Virus record (IMG/VR): IMGVR_UViG_3300048577_000448
Span: 1-57,504 of that record
DNA length: 57,504 nucleotides
Reading direction: 5' to 3' (one strand)
Origin: a virus
Taxonomy: Duplodnaviria > Caudoviricetes
This document shows positions 19,252 through 28,875 of this stretch, piece by piece. Numbering within the stretch: position 1 is the stretch's first letter; each line of letters begins with the position of its first letter. The notes under the pieces were generated by a model. The model was not told the origin of the DNA. It saw nothing but the letters and a program-made list of their open reading frames with translations, and did not search any database. The translations under genes and the position numbers were made by a program.

Positions 19252-19521
19252 GTGATAGATCACGAAAGCATCTACAAGCGCGCCCTGACGACATTCGGCG
19301 AATCCAAACAGATCGACATGGCTATCGAAGAGTGCGCCGAACTGACTTTGGCTCTCCAGCACAACAAACGCGGCCGAGCAGTCAACGTCATCACCGAGAT
19401 TGCCGACGTGATCATAATGGCCGGCCAAATGCGGCTGTTGTTTGGAGCTGATGCTGTGGACGCGGAGATCGAAGAAAAGTTGGAACGCTTAGAATACCGG
19501 TTGGATGGAGTGAAGGCATGA
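19252..19521 (+). CDS. MazG-like NTP pyrophosphohydrolase
   Basis: EECAEL...EIADV acidic motif. Confidence 0.8.
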   Translation: MIDHESIYKRALTTFGESKQIDMAIEECAELTLALQHNKRGRAVNVITEIADVIIMAGQMRLLFGADAVDAEIEEKLERLEYRLDGVKA

Positions 19522-19943
19522 GCGATCGCAAACTTGGCAGCATCTTAGACGACGCGAAAGAGACTATTACCCAGGGACGTATCGACACCCACGGCCAGCC
19601 TGAGGACAGCTTTGCCATCATTGCCGGCTACTACAGCGTGTACCTAGCCCAACGCCTTGGCGTGCCCGTGGCCCTTACGCCTCTTGATGCTGTCAATATG
19701 GCAATCCTGTTCAAACAGGCTCGGAAACTAGGCCAGAAGCAGCACGTGGACAACTACATCGACGGGGCCGGCTACGAAGCGATTGGCGGGTGGATGGTGG
19801 AGCAGGCCGAGGCTACCGACACCGTGCCAGTTCCGCAGCGCGTGGATGCCGAGGTGAGCATGGAAGACCTGCGCGAAGCTGTGTTGGGTGTTGATGGAAA
19901 CAGCCCAAACTCTTTGTTTTTTGATGCTTTAAAAAAGGTCTAG
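19518..19943 (+). CDS. DUF6378-type phage protein
   Basis: R..THGQPEDSFAIIA...KQAR......DNYIDGAGY signature. Confidence 0.7.
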   Translation: MSDRKLGSILDDAKETITQGRIDTHGQPEDSFAIIAGYYSVYLAQRLGVPVALTPLDAVNMAILFKQARKLGQKQHVDNYIDGAGYEAIGGWMVEQAEATDTVPVPQRVDAEVSMEDLREAVLGVDGNSPNSLFFDALKKV

Positions 19944-20118
19944 CCATGCTGCGCCAGCCCGAATCAGAGCGCCGTCGTGTGCGGGATAATGCCTAATCCA
20001 TCCGTGCCCGCCAGGATCGTTACGAGGCCCGCAAGCGCGTCATCGCGGAGACGGCCGTGGACGCAGACGACTACGACGCCAGGGTTCGGGAGCTGGTGAT
20101 GGAGATGGGGATATAATT

Positions 20119-20868
20119 ATGGAGTGGTTTCGCTGGTATCATGGGTCAGTTTCAGATCCGAAATTCAGACTTTTGGCAAAGCTTGCTGACGCCAAACTGA
20201 CCGAAGTGCTGGCGGTGTGGCAATCCATGCTTGAGCACGCCTCCCAATCTTCTCCACGGGGGAGTCTCGACGGGTGGCGCGATGACGTGACCGCTGTGTG
20301 TCTCGACATGGATGCGAACGCAGTCGAACGCATACGAACGCAAGCGAACCACGTTGGCTTGATAGCGAACGCAGACGACGGAATCGAGTTTTTAGCGTCA
20401 TGGGATAAGCGCCAGCCGAAGCGTGAAGACGGTTCAGCCGAACGAGCTAAGGCATGGAGAGAACAGAAGAAATTTAATGCGAACGCAGACGAACGCTTGC
20501 GAACGCAAAAAAACACAGAACAGAACAGAACAGAACAGAACAGAGAAGAAGAAAATACTTCTTCGTTGCGCCCCGAAGCGGTGCAACTCGCTGAGCGTCT
20601 CGCCGCTCGGATTTTGGAAACGAACCCCAAGGCTAAGACCGGGGAGGCGAAGGCTTGGGCCAAGCATGTGGACCTCATGCTGCGCATCGACAAGCGGACA
20701 GCCGAAGAGGTGGCGGAAGTCATCGACTGGTGCCAGCGGGATTCATTCTGGTGCTCAAACATCCTGAGCACGAAAAAACTCCGCGAGAAGTTTGACCAGC
20801 TGACGGCGAAGATGAACGGCCAGGGCCGCAGGCAAGACCGATCTGCCCTTTGGGCGGGGGCGTTATGA
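20119..20868 (+). CDS. Replication initiator (lambda O / DnaD-like)
   Basis: WFRWYHG..SDPKF N-terminus; FWCSNILSTKKLREKFDQL C-terminus; internal iterons. Confidence 0.85.
   Translation: MEWFRWYHGSVSDPKFRLLAKLADAKLTEVLAVWQSMLEHASQSSPRGSLDGWRDDVTAVCLDMDANAVERIRTQANHVGLIANADDGIEFLASWDKRQPKREDGSAERAKAWREQKKFNANADERLRTQKNTEQNRTEQNREEENTSSLRPEAVQLAERLAARILETNPKAKTGEAKAWAKHVDLMLRIDKRTAEEVAEVIDWCQRDSFWCSNILSTKKLREKFDQLTAKMNGQGRRQDRSALWAGAL
20314..20544 (+). repeat. Iterons / putative replication origin
   Basis: CGAACGC(A) repeated with a 10-nt period (20314-20350, 20480-20510) followed by a (CAGAA)n purine-rich tract. Confidence 0.7.
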
Positions 20869-22655
20869 GCAAGCCCCTCACCGTCTCGGAAATCTCCGAC
20901 CGCCTCAACGCCCACGCCGAGAGCGTATGCAGGGAACTTCTCCCTGGCGGCCGTCCGGTTCGCGGCGAATGGAAGTGCGGCAGCACGAGTGGCGAGGCCG
21001 GCGACTCTCTCGGGGTGTGCCTACATGGTCCCAAAACAGGCGTCTGGCGCGATTTTGCCGACTCGGCCAAGGGTGGCGACCTGATTGACCTTTGCGCGGC
21101 TGTACGGGGCTGTAGCGTGGCCGAGGCGATTGCCTGGGCGAAGTCTTGGCTCGGCATCAAGGACGAGCGTCCGCCGTTTGAGCCGAAGCGCAAAAGCTAC
21201 AAGCTGCCCGAAAAGCCGAAGTGCACGGTTCCTAAGGGGCCGGTGAAGGCGTTTTTTGAGAGCCGGGGCTTAAGCGCGGAAACCATGGCGCTGTTCAAGA
21301 TCGGGGAGAGCGGCAACGTGGCCGTGTTCCCGTATCTACACGACGCCGAGCTGAAATTTATCAAATTTCGGGACGTGACGGACAAAAAGAAAATGTTCAC
21401 GTCGCCCGATTCAGAGCCGGTGCTGTTCGGCTGGCAGGCTGTTGACCCCATGGCTCGGTACGTCGTCATCACCGAGGGCGAGCTCGACGCTATGTCCTAT
21501 CGCCAGTGCGGCATCCCGGCGTTGTCCGTCCCCAGGGGCGGCGGCAAGGGTGAAAAGCAGAACTGGCTTGAAGCCGAGTTTAGCCGGTTGCTGCGCTTTG
21601 ACACGGTTTACCTCTCCTTTGACAACGACGATGCCGGCCAGGAGGCGCTTGCCGAGGTGCTCCCACGCATCGGTCGGCATCGCTGCTTGGTTCCCGACCT
21701 TGGCCAGCACAAAGATGCCAACGAAGCCTTAATGGCCGGCATGGATCTTTACGCCGCGCTCCAAGCCGCCAAGTCCATGGACCCCGAGGAGCTGAAGTCA
21801 GCCTCCGAGTTCCACGACGCGACCATGGACGAGTTTTACAGCCCGCCGGAAGCTCGGGGCTACACCCTGCCTTGGGAGAAAACCTTCTCCACCGTGCGCA
21901 TCCGGGACGGCGAAATTAGCGTGTGGAACGGTATCAACGGGCACGGCAAGTCGCAGCTTCTCGGCCACGTGCTGGTCGGGATGATCTGGCAGGGCCAACG
22001 CTGGTGTGTGGCGTCGATGGAAATGTCGCCGCCGCGTCTCTTGGCCCGCATGTACCGTCAATCTGGAGCGACGAATCAGCCAAGCGTCGAGCATGGTGAA
22101 AAGATTCGTGAATACTTGAGTGAAAGTCTGTGGCTGTTCAATGTCCGTGGGACTGCCAAGGGTGAGCGCATCTTGGAAGTGTTTGAATACGCCTATCGTC
22201 GCTATGGTGTGACGCAGTTTCTGGTCGACTCGCTTGCAAAGTGCGGTTTTCAGGAAGATGATTACAACGGACAGAAAGCTTTTGTTGACAGACTGATGGA
22301 GTTTGCGGCAGAATTCAACGTACACGTTCACTTGGTGGTCCATTCTCGCAAAGGAGAAAACGAGGACACCCCGCCAAACAAAATGGACGTAAAAGGTTCC
22401 GGCGCTATAACCGACATGGTTGACAATGTATTTATTGTCTGGCGCAACAAACCAAAAGAAGACGCCATCGCATCAAACGATATGTCGAAGCTCAACAAGT
22501 ATTCGCAAGAGCCTGATTGCTTGCTGCTTTGCCCGAAGCAACGCAACGGCGAGTGGGAAGGCCGCGTGATGCTGTGGTTCGACAAAGCGTCGTTGCAGTA
22601 CGTCGAGAGTCGAGGCGGGAGGCCGTTGGTCTATGTCCCCGGGAGCGGGGCGTGA
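20865..22655 (+). CDS. T7 gp4/Twinkle-like primase-helicase
   Basis: Zn-binding N-terminus, TOPRIM (ITEGELDA, FDNDDAG), SF4 helicase (GINGHGKS, LVDSL, KGSGAITD). Confidence 0.92.
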   Translation: MSKPLTVSEISDRLNAHAESVCRELLPGGRPVRGEWKCGSTSGEAGDSLGVCLHGPKTGVWRDFADSAKGGDLIDLCAAVRGCSVAEAIAWAKSWLGIKDERPPFEPKRKSYKLPEKPKCTVPKGPVKAFFESRGLSAETMALFKIGESGNVAVFPYLHDAELKFIKFRDVTDKKKMFTSPDSEPVLFGWQAVDPMARYVVITEGELDAMSYRQCGIPALSVPRGGGKGEKQNWLEAEFSRLLRFDTVYLSFDNDDAGQEALAEVLPRIGRHRCLVPDLGQHKDANEALMAGMDLYAALQAAKSMDPEELKSASEFHDATMDEFYSPPEARGYTLPWEKTFSTVRIRDGEISVWNGINGHGKSQLLGHVLVGMIWQGQRWCVASMEMSPPRLLARMYRQSGATNQPSVEHGEKIREYLSESLWLFNVRGTAKGERILEVFEYAYRRYGVTQFLVDSLAKCGFQEDDYNGQKAFVDRLMEFAAEFNVHVHLVVHSRKGENEDTPPNKMDVKGSGAITDMVDNVFIVWRNKPKEDAIASNDMSKLNKYSQEPDCLLLCPKQRNGEWEGRVMLWFDKASLQYVESRGGRPLVYVPGSGA

Positions 22656-22824
22656 AGCCTTGCGAGGCCTGCCCCACCATCCCATGCGCTCATGCTGGGA
22701 TTTGCTGGGGTGAAGTATACTGGCAGGGAAAGCCGATGGCGAAGAAAGAACAGAAGCAGATTGGCGAAGTGGAAGACTGCAAACACATTGAACGCTGTAG
22801 AAAATGGTACAGGAGCGAAAGCTA

Positions 22825-23298
22825 ATGGCTGAACTGGATCGTTACGAGTGCATCGGACGAGTTGGCAGCACGAAGATGGTCTTTCTCAACGACGGCACGC
22901 CTTGCATGGAAATGAGTGTTGCCGTTGACCAATCTTACAAAAAGCAAGACGGATCGAAGGTGGAAAAAGTCTTTTGGTGCAGAGTGAAGGCTTTCGGCAA
23001 GCAGGCCGAGTTCATCGAAAAGTGGTGTCATAAGGGCAAGCGCGTCCTGGTCATCGCGCAGCCCGAGGAGCGCTCCTGGCCGGACCAGCAGGGCAACAAG
23101 CGCAGCACGATTGAGTTCCAGGTGAGAGCGCCCGGGACCGGCGTCACGCCCATTGACTGGCCGGACAAGGGCCAGGGCACCGACCATCCAGCCGAGCGTC
23201 CGCAACCCCGGCAGGCGTCGGGGGGACGGCGACATGAGGACGACCAGGGGCCGGCGTTCCCGAGTGAGGCCAGCGGCATGGACGATGTGCCTTTTTAG
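22825..23298 (+). CDS. ssb: Single-stranded DNA-binding protein
   Basis: OB-fold pattern and acidic DDVPF tail. Confidence 0.9.
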   Translation: MAELDRYECIGRVGSTKMVFLNDGTPCMEMSVAVDQSYKKQDGSKVEKVFWCRVKAFGKQAEFIEKWCHKGKRVLVIAQPEERSWPDQQGNKRSTIEFQVRAPGTGVTPIDWPDKGQGTDHPAERPQPRQASGGRRHEDDQGPAFPSEASGMDDVPF

Positions 23299-23321
23299 AA
23301 TAATATCAACAGGTTGACAAA

Positions 23322-23873
23322 ATGAACACCCCAACGCTTGCGCTCACGCCAAATATCAAGACAGCCAGATGTGTGAAGTTCGGCGGTCGTTTGTCTGGAA
23401 AAAACGAGTGGCTGACCCCTCCAGACCTTGTCGCGGCGCTTGGGGTGTTCGACTTGGACCCGTGCTCTCCGATCAACCGTCCATGGGACACGGCGCGGAA
23501 CCACCTGACTGTCCGAGAAAACGGCCTAGCTCGTCCATGGTCCGGTCGCGTCTGGCTCAATCCACCGTTTGGGCAAGAGATCCCGGAATGGATGGCTCGA
23601 ATGAGCGCCCACGGTAATGGCATCGCGCTGGTTTTGGCCCGGACGGAAACGGCATGGTTTCAGGACCACGTTTTCGATTCGCCAACCATGTCTGTAGTCA
23701 TGTTCTTGCGTGGCCGGATCACGTTCCACCACGTGGACGGATCGCCGGCCCGAGGAAATTGCGGAGGCGCACCCGTGCTGGTGGCCTACGGGGTCAGCAA
23801 TGCCATGGCGTTGAGTCAATCTGGGCTGTCTGGCCGTTTTGTCCCCAACTACGGATCAAGACTGTCCGCATAA
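23322..23873 (+). CDS. Phage N6-adenine DNA methyltransferase
   Basis: EWLTPP, FDLDPC, VWLNPPF, ARTETAWF. Confidence 0.85.
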   Translation: MNTPTLALTPNIKTARCVKFGGRLSGKNEWLTPPDLVAALGVFDLDPCSPINRPWDTARNHLTVRENGLARPWSGRVWLNPPFGQEIPEWMARMSAHGNGIALVLARTETAWFQDHVFDSPTMSVVMFLRGRITFHHVDGSPARGNCGGAPVLVAYGVSNAMALSQSGLSGRFVPNYGSRLSA

Positions 23874-24133
23874 AACGCCGCACGTTCACGCCTGGTGCGT
23901 TTTCCGTCTAAACACGGACGACGCACCGGGTCTGGACGAAAAGTGGCTGTGCGTGGCGCTGACGAGGAAATGACAGCACGAAACAACAGGCCTCCGCCCG
24001 TCAGTCCCAGGGCTACGCCAAGCGCACGCACGTCAGGTGCGAGAAGTGCGAGAGACGCGACGGAGAGACGTGCGGTCTGGGTAAGTTTCAGGTGGCGAGG
24101 TGGGGAGTGGGTGAGGAAGAAGGAGTCGGCGTC

Positions 24134-24502
24134 GTGTTCAAAGTCATCGTAGCCGGGTCGCGCGGTTTTTCTGACTACCACTTGCTTCGCACCAGAATGG
24201 ACTTTTTGACCCTCCAGCACTCGGAAATCGAAGTTGTTTCCGGGACGGCACGGGGCGCGGACCAGCTTGGTGAGCGGTGGGCCAGGGAATGCGGGCACGG
24301 TTTGAAGAAGTTCCCTGCCGATTGGGACGCTTACGGGAAGCGTGCCGGTTTTATTCGCAATACACAGATGGCTGAGTATGCCGATGCGTTGGCGGCGTTT
24401 TGGGACGGAGATTCGCGGGGAACGAAAATGATGATCGAGGAAATGCGCCGTCTGGGAAAGCCTGTGCGCGTGGTGAACTACAACACCAACCCGGCCGAGT
24501 AG
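24134..24502 (+). CDS. SLOG/YspA-like (DUF2493) protein
   Basis: VIVAGSR, VSGTARGADQLG, AGFIRN.QMA, FWDG.SRGT. Confidence 0.85.
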   Translation: MFKVIVAGSRGFSDYHLLRTRMDFLTLQHSEIEVVSGTARGADQLGERWARECGHGLKKFPADWDAYGKRAGFIRNTQMAEYADALAAFWDGDSRGTKMMIEEMRRLGKPVRVVNYNTNPAE

Positions 24503-24521
24503 CCGGAAGTAGGACCAGGAC

Positions 24522-25085
24522 ATGACTCAGGTAGAATTTATCCGCACCATGGCTGCCGAACTAGGCATGACCCAAGACGCCGCCAAGAACGCGCTGTGCT
24601 GGATCGGCCACACTGTCGAGGCCACCATGCGGGCTGGTGAGTCGATCAAGCTGCCCGAGCTGGGAACGTTCACGCCCGTTCCGACCAAAGAGCGACAGGG
24701 ACGCAACCCGCGCACGGGCGAGCCGTTGACCATCCAGGCCGGGACCAGGATCAAGTACAAGCCGACGTTTGAGATCGAGGGATATCCAGCAACGCAGACG
24801 GCCCCGGTAACGATTCCGGGGCGGGAAGGGTGGGGGATGAGGAAGTACGCGCTGTTTTTTGACAAGTTGGAGCTGCAAAATAATCCGTATTTAATGGGCG
24901 AAGAGATGGAACAGTCTACGCGATATGCGAAAGCGTCCGACTGGTACCACCACGCCGACGACGTGGCCGCCGCGCTTGAGGCAAAAGACCGCGAGATTGC
25001 CGACCTCCGCGCCCGTCTAGCCGCAGTCCGTGAGCGCTGCGAGGCGAATAACTGGATGGGGACCGCGAGGGTGTGTGATGGCTAG
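24522..25085 (+). CDS. HU-family DNA-binding protein with a C-terminal extension
   Basis: LGTF...ERQGRNPRTGEPLTI.A HU/IHF arm. Confidence 0.8.
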   Translation: MTQVEFIRTMAAELGMTQDAAKNALCWIGHTVEATMRAGESIKLPELGTFTPVPTKERQGRNPRTGEPLTIQAGTRIKYKPTFEIEGYPATQTAPVTIPGREGWGMRKYALFFDKLELQNNPYLMGEEMEQSTRYAKASDWYHHADDVAAALEAKDREIADLRARLAAVRERCEANNWMGTARVCDG

Positions 25086-25279
25086 ACCTCTGTGTAGCCG
25101 AGAAGGCGGGTATCTCTACTGGCGAAACGATGGCCGTAGGCGTCACCGGGGAAAGGTGTCAGGCGCTTGGTATAAGAGGCAGATGGCCCGAGCCAGGAGA
25201 CGGCAGGGACGGGAAGAGGTGGTGGCGATGCTGGAACGTGACTTGGTGGAACATCGAGAGCTTTGGGAGGGGCTGGCGG

Positions 25280-25576
25280 ATGCGTAAGGCCAAAGTGGAT
25301 GATAACCAGAAGATCATCGTGGAAGCTCTGCGCCGGGCCGGCCACTTTGTCCAGTCGCTTGCCTCTCTTGGCGGTGGCTGTCCTGATTTGCTTATCGGAT
25401 CGAAGCACGGGAGGTGGCTGCTGCTTGAAATCAAGGACGGCAGCAAGGTGCAGTCGAAGCGGACGCTCACCACGCCTGAAATCAGGTGGATTCTTGCGGT
25501 CGAGAACCGCGCCCCGGTGTACGTCGTGGAGTCGGTGGAGCAGGCGTTGGAAGTTGTCGCCCGGGCGGCGGCGTAG
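25280..25576 (+). CDS. PD-(D/E)xK nuclease (VRR-NUC / resolvase-like)
   Basis: KVDDNQ..IV.ALR, GCPDLLI, LLEIKDG. Confidence 0.8.
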   Translation: MRKAKVDDNQKIIVEALRRAGHFVQSLASLGGGCPDLLIGSKHGRWLLLEIKDGSKVQSKRTLTTPEIRWILAVENRAPVYVVESVEQALEVVARAAA

Positions 25577-25587
25577 GAGGTGACGGG

Positions 25588-25839
25588 ATGCGCCAAGAGA
25601 ACCTACAGGCGGTCATAGCCCAGGCCATTGGGCCGGAACAGGCGGAACAAGCGGCCAGGGCCGTCATGCGCGAGTGGGGAGGGCAGTTGCAGCAAATCCC
25701 CAAGGAGCGAGACGACACGTTGGCAGAATTAAAGCGCCAGGCCCGGGAGTTGCGCTACCGCCACGGGCTGACCGTCGTGGAGATCGCGGAGAGGCTGGTG
25801 AGGTCGGAGTCTACAGTGAGGCGGTATCTGGCGCAGTAA
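25588..25839 (+). CDS. Mor/C-like HTH transcription activator
   Basis: EWGGQ...IPK followed by HTH TVVEIAERLVRSESTVRRYL. Confidence 0.65.
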   Translation: MRQENLQAVIAQAIGPEQAEQAARAVMREWGGQLQQIPKERDDTLAELKRQARELRYRHGLTVVEIAERLVRSESTVRRYLAQ

Positions 25840-25872
25840 ATGCAAAACCCCGCGCGTTCGGGGCTTGCGTGG

Positions 25873-26055
25873 CTAGGTGTTCTTGGGCGGCCTCCCGCCT
25901 TTTCCTCTTTCGTGATTTTCCACGTCCTCGCGCTTTATCATCCAATCCCGGCCGATCTTTTCCGCCGGGAGCCTATCGCGCTTGATTAGGCTTTGCACCA
26001 TCTTGCGGGATACCCCCAGGATGTCGGCGGCTTGTTGGGTGGTTAGAAAGGCCAT
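25873..26055 (-). CDS. HTH_17 / excisionase-like DNA-binding protein
   Basis: LTTQQAADILGVSRKMVQSLIKRDRLPAEKIGRDWMI; GGRP tail. Confidence 0.8.
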   Translation of the reverse strand: MAFLTTQQAADILGVSRKMVQSLIKRDRLPAEKIGRDWMIKREDVENHERGKGGRPPKNT

Positions 26056-26291
26056 TCGGCCACCTTGTAGCCGTCCTCTGTAAGCACCGGGCCAAGACCC
26101 TTCATAGAAATCCATCCATTCCGGCGCATCGTTGCATATAGGTTCTTGATTGCATCAGGACCGTATTCCGCGCCGTAGGCGTTGGGGCTTCCAAGAATTG
26201 ACCCGGGGAGCTTGCAAGTCATCTCGCCGTTGTAGCCGGCCTCGTAAGCCATCATGCCAAGGATTTGCTTCAAGGTGTACCTGCGTTCCAT
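26043..26291 (-). CDS. Hypothetical protein (moron)
   Basis: 82 aa, downstream of its own sigma70 promoter. Confidence 0.6.
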   Translation of the reverse strand: MERRYTLKQILGMMAYEAGYNGEMTCKLPGSILGSPNAYGAEYGPDAIKNLYATMRRNGWISMKGLGPVLTEDGYKVAEWPF

Positions 26292-26343
26292 TTTAGTTCC
26301 CCTGTTTTGAGCCCCGGGCCGATTCCCGTCCGCCGGTGAGATA

Positions 26344-26372
26344 TATATAGGCCATGGCCGACATGTTGTCAA
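26344..26372 (-). promoter_or_regulatory. Sigma70-type promoter of the two-gene moron
   Basis: TTGACA-17 bp-TATATA; spacer contains palindromes ACATGT and GGCCATGGCC. Confidence 0.75.
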
Positions 26373-26520
26373 CACGGCCCGAAAAGTTTTTTGAAAGATT
26401 TATTTTACGATATTTTAAGCGTTTACAAAACAACACCTATTCAGCCACAAAACCTAATGTACTGTGACGGAAAAAGTCCACAACGTTTCCACGTGAGCCA
26501 TATAGTGGCGAGGGGGACGT

Positions 26521-27291
26521 GTGGGACAGCCAAGAGGTATTCGAAACAACAACCCGGGGAATCTGCGCCACTCGAAAGATCAGTGGCTAGGTGAAATTCC
26601 TGGGGACGATAAGGCTTTCAAGACCTTCTCCGATCCCATCTACGGCATCAGAGCTCTCGCCAAGCTGCTGCTTAACTACGAGCACAAATATAGCTTGCGC
26701 ACCATTTCCGGTATCATCTCCCGCTGGGCTCCAGAAAACGAGAACGACACTGCCGCATATATCGCCACCGTGGCCCGCGCGTGTGGCGTTGAGCCATTTC
26801 AGGTTATCGACGTAGCTGCCTACCTTCCTGTGCTGGTCAAGGCCATCATCACCCACGAGAACGGCCAGCAGCCCTACACCGACGAGCAAATAAGCCAGGC
26901 CATCTCTATGGCGACCGGGGGAGACAATGTGCAAACCGTGGCCGACCCTGTGTCGCATGTGGCTACAGCACCGGCTCAACCCGCTGAATCTGGAGTGCAA
27001 GCTGGTCCGGTGCATGTCGTGGAGCAAAGCCAGGTGGCTGACCAAAAAGTGGACGCTGGTGTACAAGGTTCTGGGGCTGTGACCGTAGGCGGCGTGGTGC
27101 TCTCAAAGAAGCTGTGTGTTGCCATCGCCGCGTTTGCCGCCGTCATTTTGAATGAACCGCTTCACCTCGGCATGGACTACGGAACGTGCAAGGAACTCGT
27201 TACGCTCGCCTGCTCCTACATCTTGGGGCAAGCGGGCGTTGATGTTTTTAAGCCCATAGCGGCCAAGTTGTTGGAGGCCCGCAATGCGTAA
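26521..27291 (+). CDS. Endolysin-like (lysozyme-fold, P5-like) protein with a C-terminal holin-like membrane domain
   Basis: RGIRNNNPGNLR, RWAP.NENDT, HENG; C-terminal SKKLCVAIAAFAAVIL...YILGQAGVD. Confidence 0.75.
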   Translation: MGQPRGIRNNNPGNLRHSKDQWLGEIPGDDKAFKTFSDPIYGIRALAKLLLNYEHKYSLRTISGIISRWAPENENDTAAYIATVARACGVEPFQVIDVAAYLPVLVKAIITHENGQQPYTDEQISQAISMATGGDNVQTVADPVSHVATAPAQPAESGVQAGPVHVVEQSQVADQKVDAGVQGSGAVTVGGVVLSKKLCVAIAAFAAVILNEPLHLGMDYGTCKELVTLACSYILGQAGVDVFKPIAAKLLEARNA

Positions 27292-27625
27292 ATTACCTGC
27301 CCACCTCCCCGCCATCGCGCTCACCGTCTCGCTCCTGCCAGGGTGCATCCTCCCACCCGCCACGTCCACCGGGGGTAGCGCTGCTGCCCTCGGCCCGGAC
27401 GGGGTTGCGCAGGAGGCCAATACCGACACGCGTCACGCCAGGATCATAGCCGGGCTGACCTGGCTGTGGTCGTCGTACACCGCGCTCAAGGCCCGGGGGG
27501 TGGACGTCGCCAGCCTGCGTGAGGCCATCAGCGAGATGCAGGATGTGGTGCAGCGGGGTGATTTGTCGGTGGCGTTGAGCCTGTACGGCAAGGCGCGGGC
27601 GATTGTGACGGGGCTGGTAAAATGA
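27284..27625 (+). CDS. Lipoprotein in the lysis cassette (spanin candidate)
   Basis: Signal peptide ending LLPGC; overlaps the lysin gene. Confidence 0.55.
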   Translation: MRKLPAHLPAIALTVSLLPGCILPPATSTGGSAAALGPDGVAQEANTDTRHARIIAGLTWLWSSYTALKARGVDVASLREAISEMQDVVQRGDLSVALSLYGKARAIVTGLVK

Positions 27626-28176
27626 CCGGCGTTGTTCGCACATATCCCGACGTCAGGCCAAACCTTGTCAGCGGCCACGTCGTGACTTTTGAAGGCTCGG
27701 ACATGCTGTCCAAGGCTATCCGATTTTTCGCTCCAGGCGGGAGCCACACGGCCATGGTGTTGAGGCTATCCGATTGCACCGACACTGTTTTTCTCATTGA
27801 GGCCCTTGAACATGGGCCAACGCTTACACGCATGTCCCGTAGGATCAGCAACTACCGGGGCCGAGTTCACATCCAGATGCCAGACCTTACCAAGCGTCAG
27901 CAGCAAGCCATAACGGCCATGGCGCTGCGCCTGCTCGGGGCCAGGGTCGGCTATGACTACCGTTCACTTTTTCGCAATATTCGCAGTCGCGTGGCTCTAA
28001 ACATGCGCCAAGGTTTTTGCTCCGAGACGGCGCAATACTTGTTGACCATGGCCGGCGTGATGACACCGCACGAAGGGGCAATGACCCCGGGAGAGCTTCG
28101 GCAGTCCCTAGGACATGAGGTCACGCTGGCTGCATATACCGCCGACTGTGAGTCGGTTGATATGGGAGTGATCTAG
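27622..28176 (+). CDS. Permuted papain-like (YiiX/NlpC-P60) hydrolase
   Basis: SHTAMV, IEAL, GYDY, FCSE motifs. Confidence 0.75.
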   Translation: MTGVVRTYPDVRPNLVSGHVVTFEGSDMLSKAIRFFAPGGSHTAMVLRLSDCTDTVFLIEALEHGPTLTRMSRRISNYRGRVHIQMPDLTKRQQQAITAMALRLLGARVGYDYRSLFRNIRSRVALNMRQGFCSETAQYLLTMAGVMTPHEGAMTPGELRQSLGHEVTLAAYTADCESVDMGVI

Positions 28177-28177
28177 G

Positions 28178-28429
28178 GTGGGCGAAGTGTTGTGCCGGCG
28201 CAAAGACCTCGCTCCTTGGATTGGCATCGCTCTCGTGGTGCTCACCAACATCGTAGCGATTGCGTATCTCGTCGGCGGCATCCAGACGCGCCAGATAGAG
28301 ATGGAGAGACGGATAGGCGAGATCGAAAAAAGTGACCGTGAGCAGTCCAAATGGCTGGAACGCATTGCCGGGATAGAGGCCAGCGTGAATTACATCCGCG
28401 ACGCCGTGCGGGAGCGCAAGGAAAAGTGA
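28178..28429 (+). CDS. Single-TM coiled-coil membrane protein (holin/XhlA-like)
   Basis: One hydrophobic helix followed by a charged coiled coil. Confidence 0.5.
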   Translation: MGEVLCRRKDLAPWIGIALVVLTNIVAIAYLVGGIQTRQIEMERRIGEIEKSDREQSKWLERIAGIEASVNYIRDAVRERKEK

Positions 28430-28875
28430 TGCGCATTCTCGTGGACACACGGGAGCAGGCCCCATTTTCGTTTGAGGGCTACGACGTCGAGGTGGTCGCC
28501 GGCACACTTCAGGCGGGCGATTACTCCATCCCAGGGCTGGAATCGCTGGTGGCCGTGGAGCGAAAGTCACTGCCCGATCTGGTGGCGTGTTTAGGCAGAG
28601 AGCGAGACAGGTTTGAACATGAGCTGGAGCGCCTGCGAGGACATGAGGCCGCCTCCGTTGTGGTCGAATCACCGCTATCCGATCTTGTGGCCGGTAATTA
28701 CCGCTCCAAGCTGGACACCAAGGCCGCTTACGAAAGCGTGGTGGCGTTCATGGTCCGGTATCGCCTGCCATTTTACTTCGCGCAGGACCGGCGGGGTGCG
28801 GAGCGGTTCACGCACTCGTTTCTGCGCCACTTTTTAAGGACGGTTGAGCGGCGGTATAAAGCGGTGGCTGTTTAA
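28429..28875 (+). CDS. ERCC4-domain nuclease
   Basis: ILVDTREQ, GDYS, VERKSLPDL. Confidence 0.88.
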   Translation: MRILVDTREQAPFSFEGYDVEVVAGTLQAGDYSIPGLESLVAVERKSLPDLVACLGRERDRFEHELERLRGHEAASVVVESPLSDLVAGNYRSKLDTKAAYESVVAFMVRYRLPFYFAQDRRGAERFTHSFLRHFLRTVERRYKAVAV

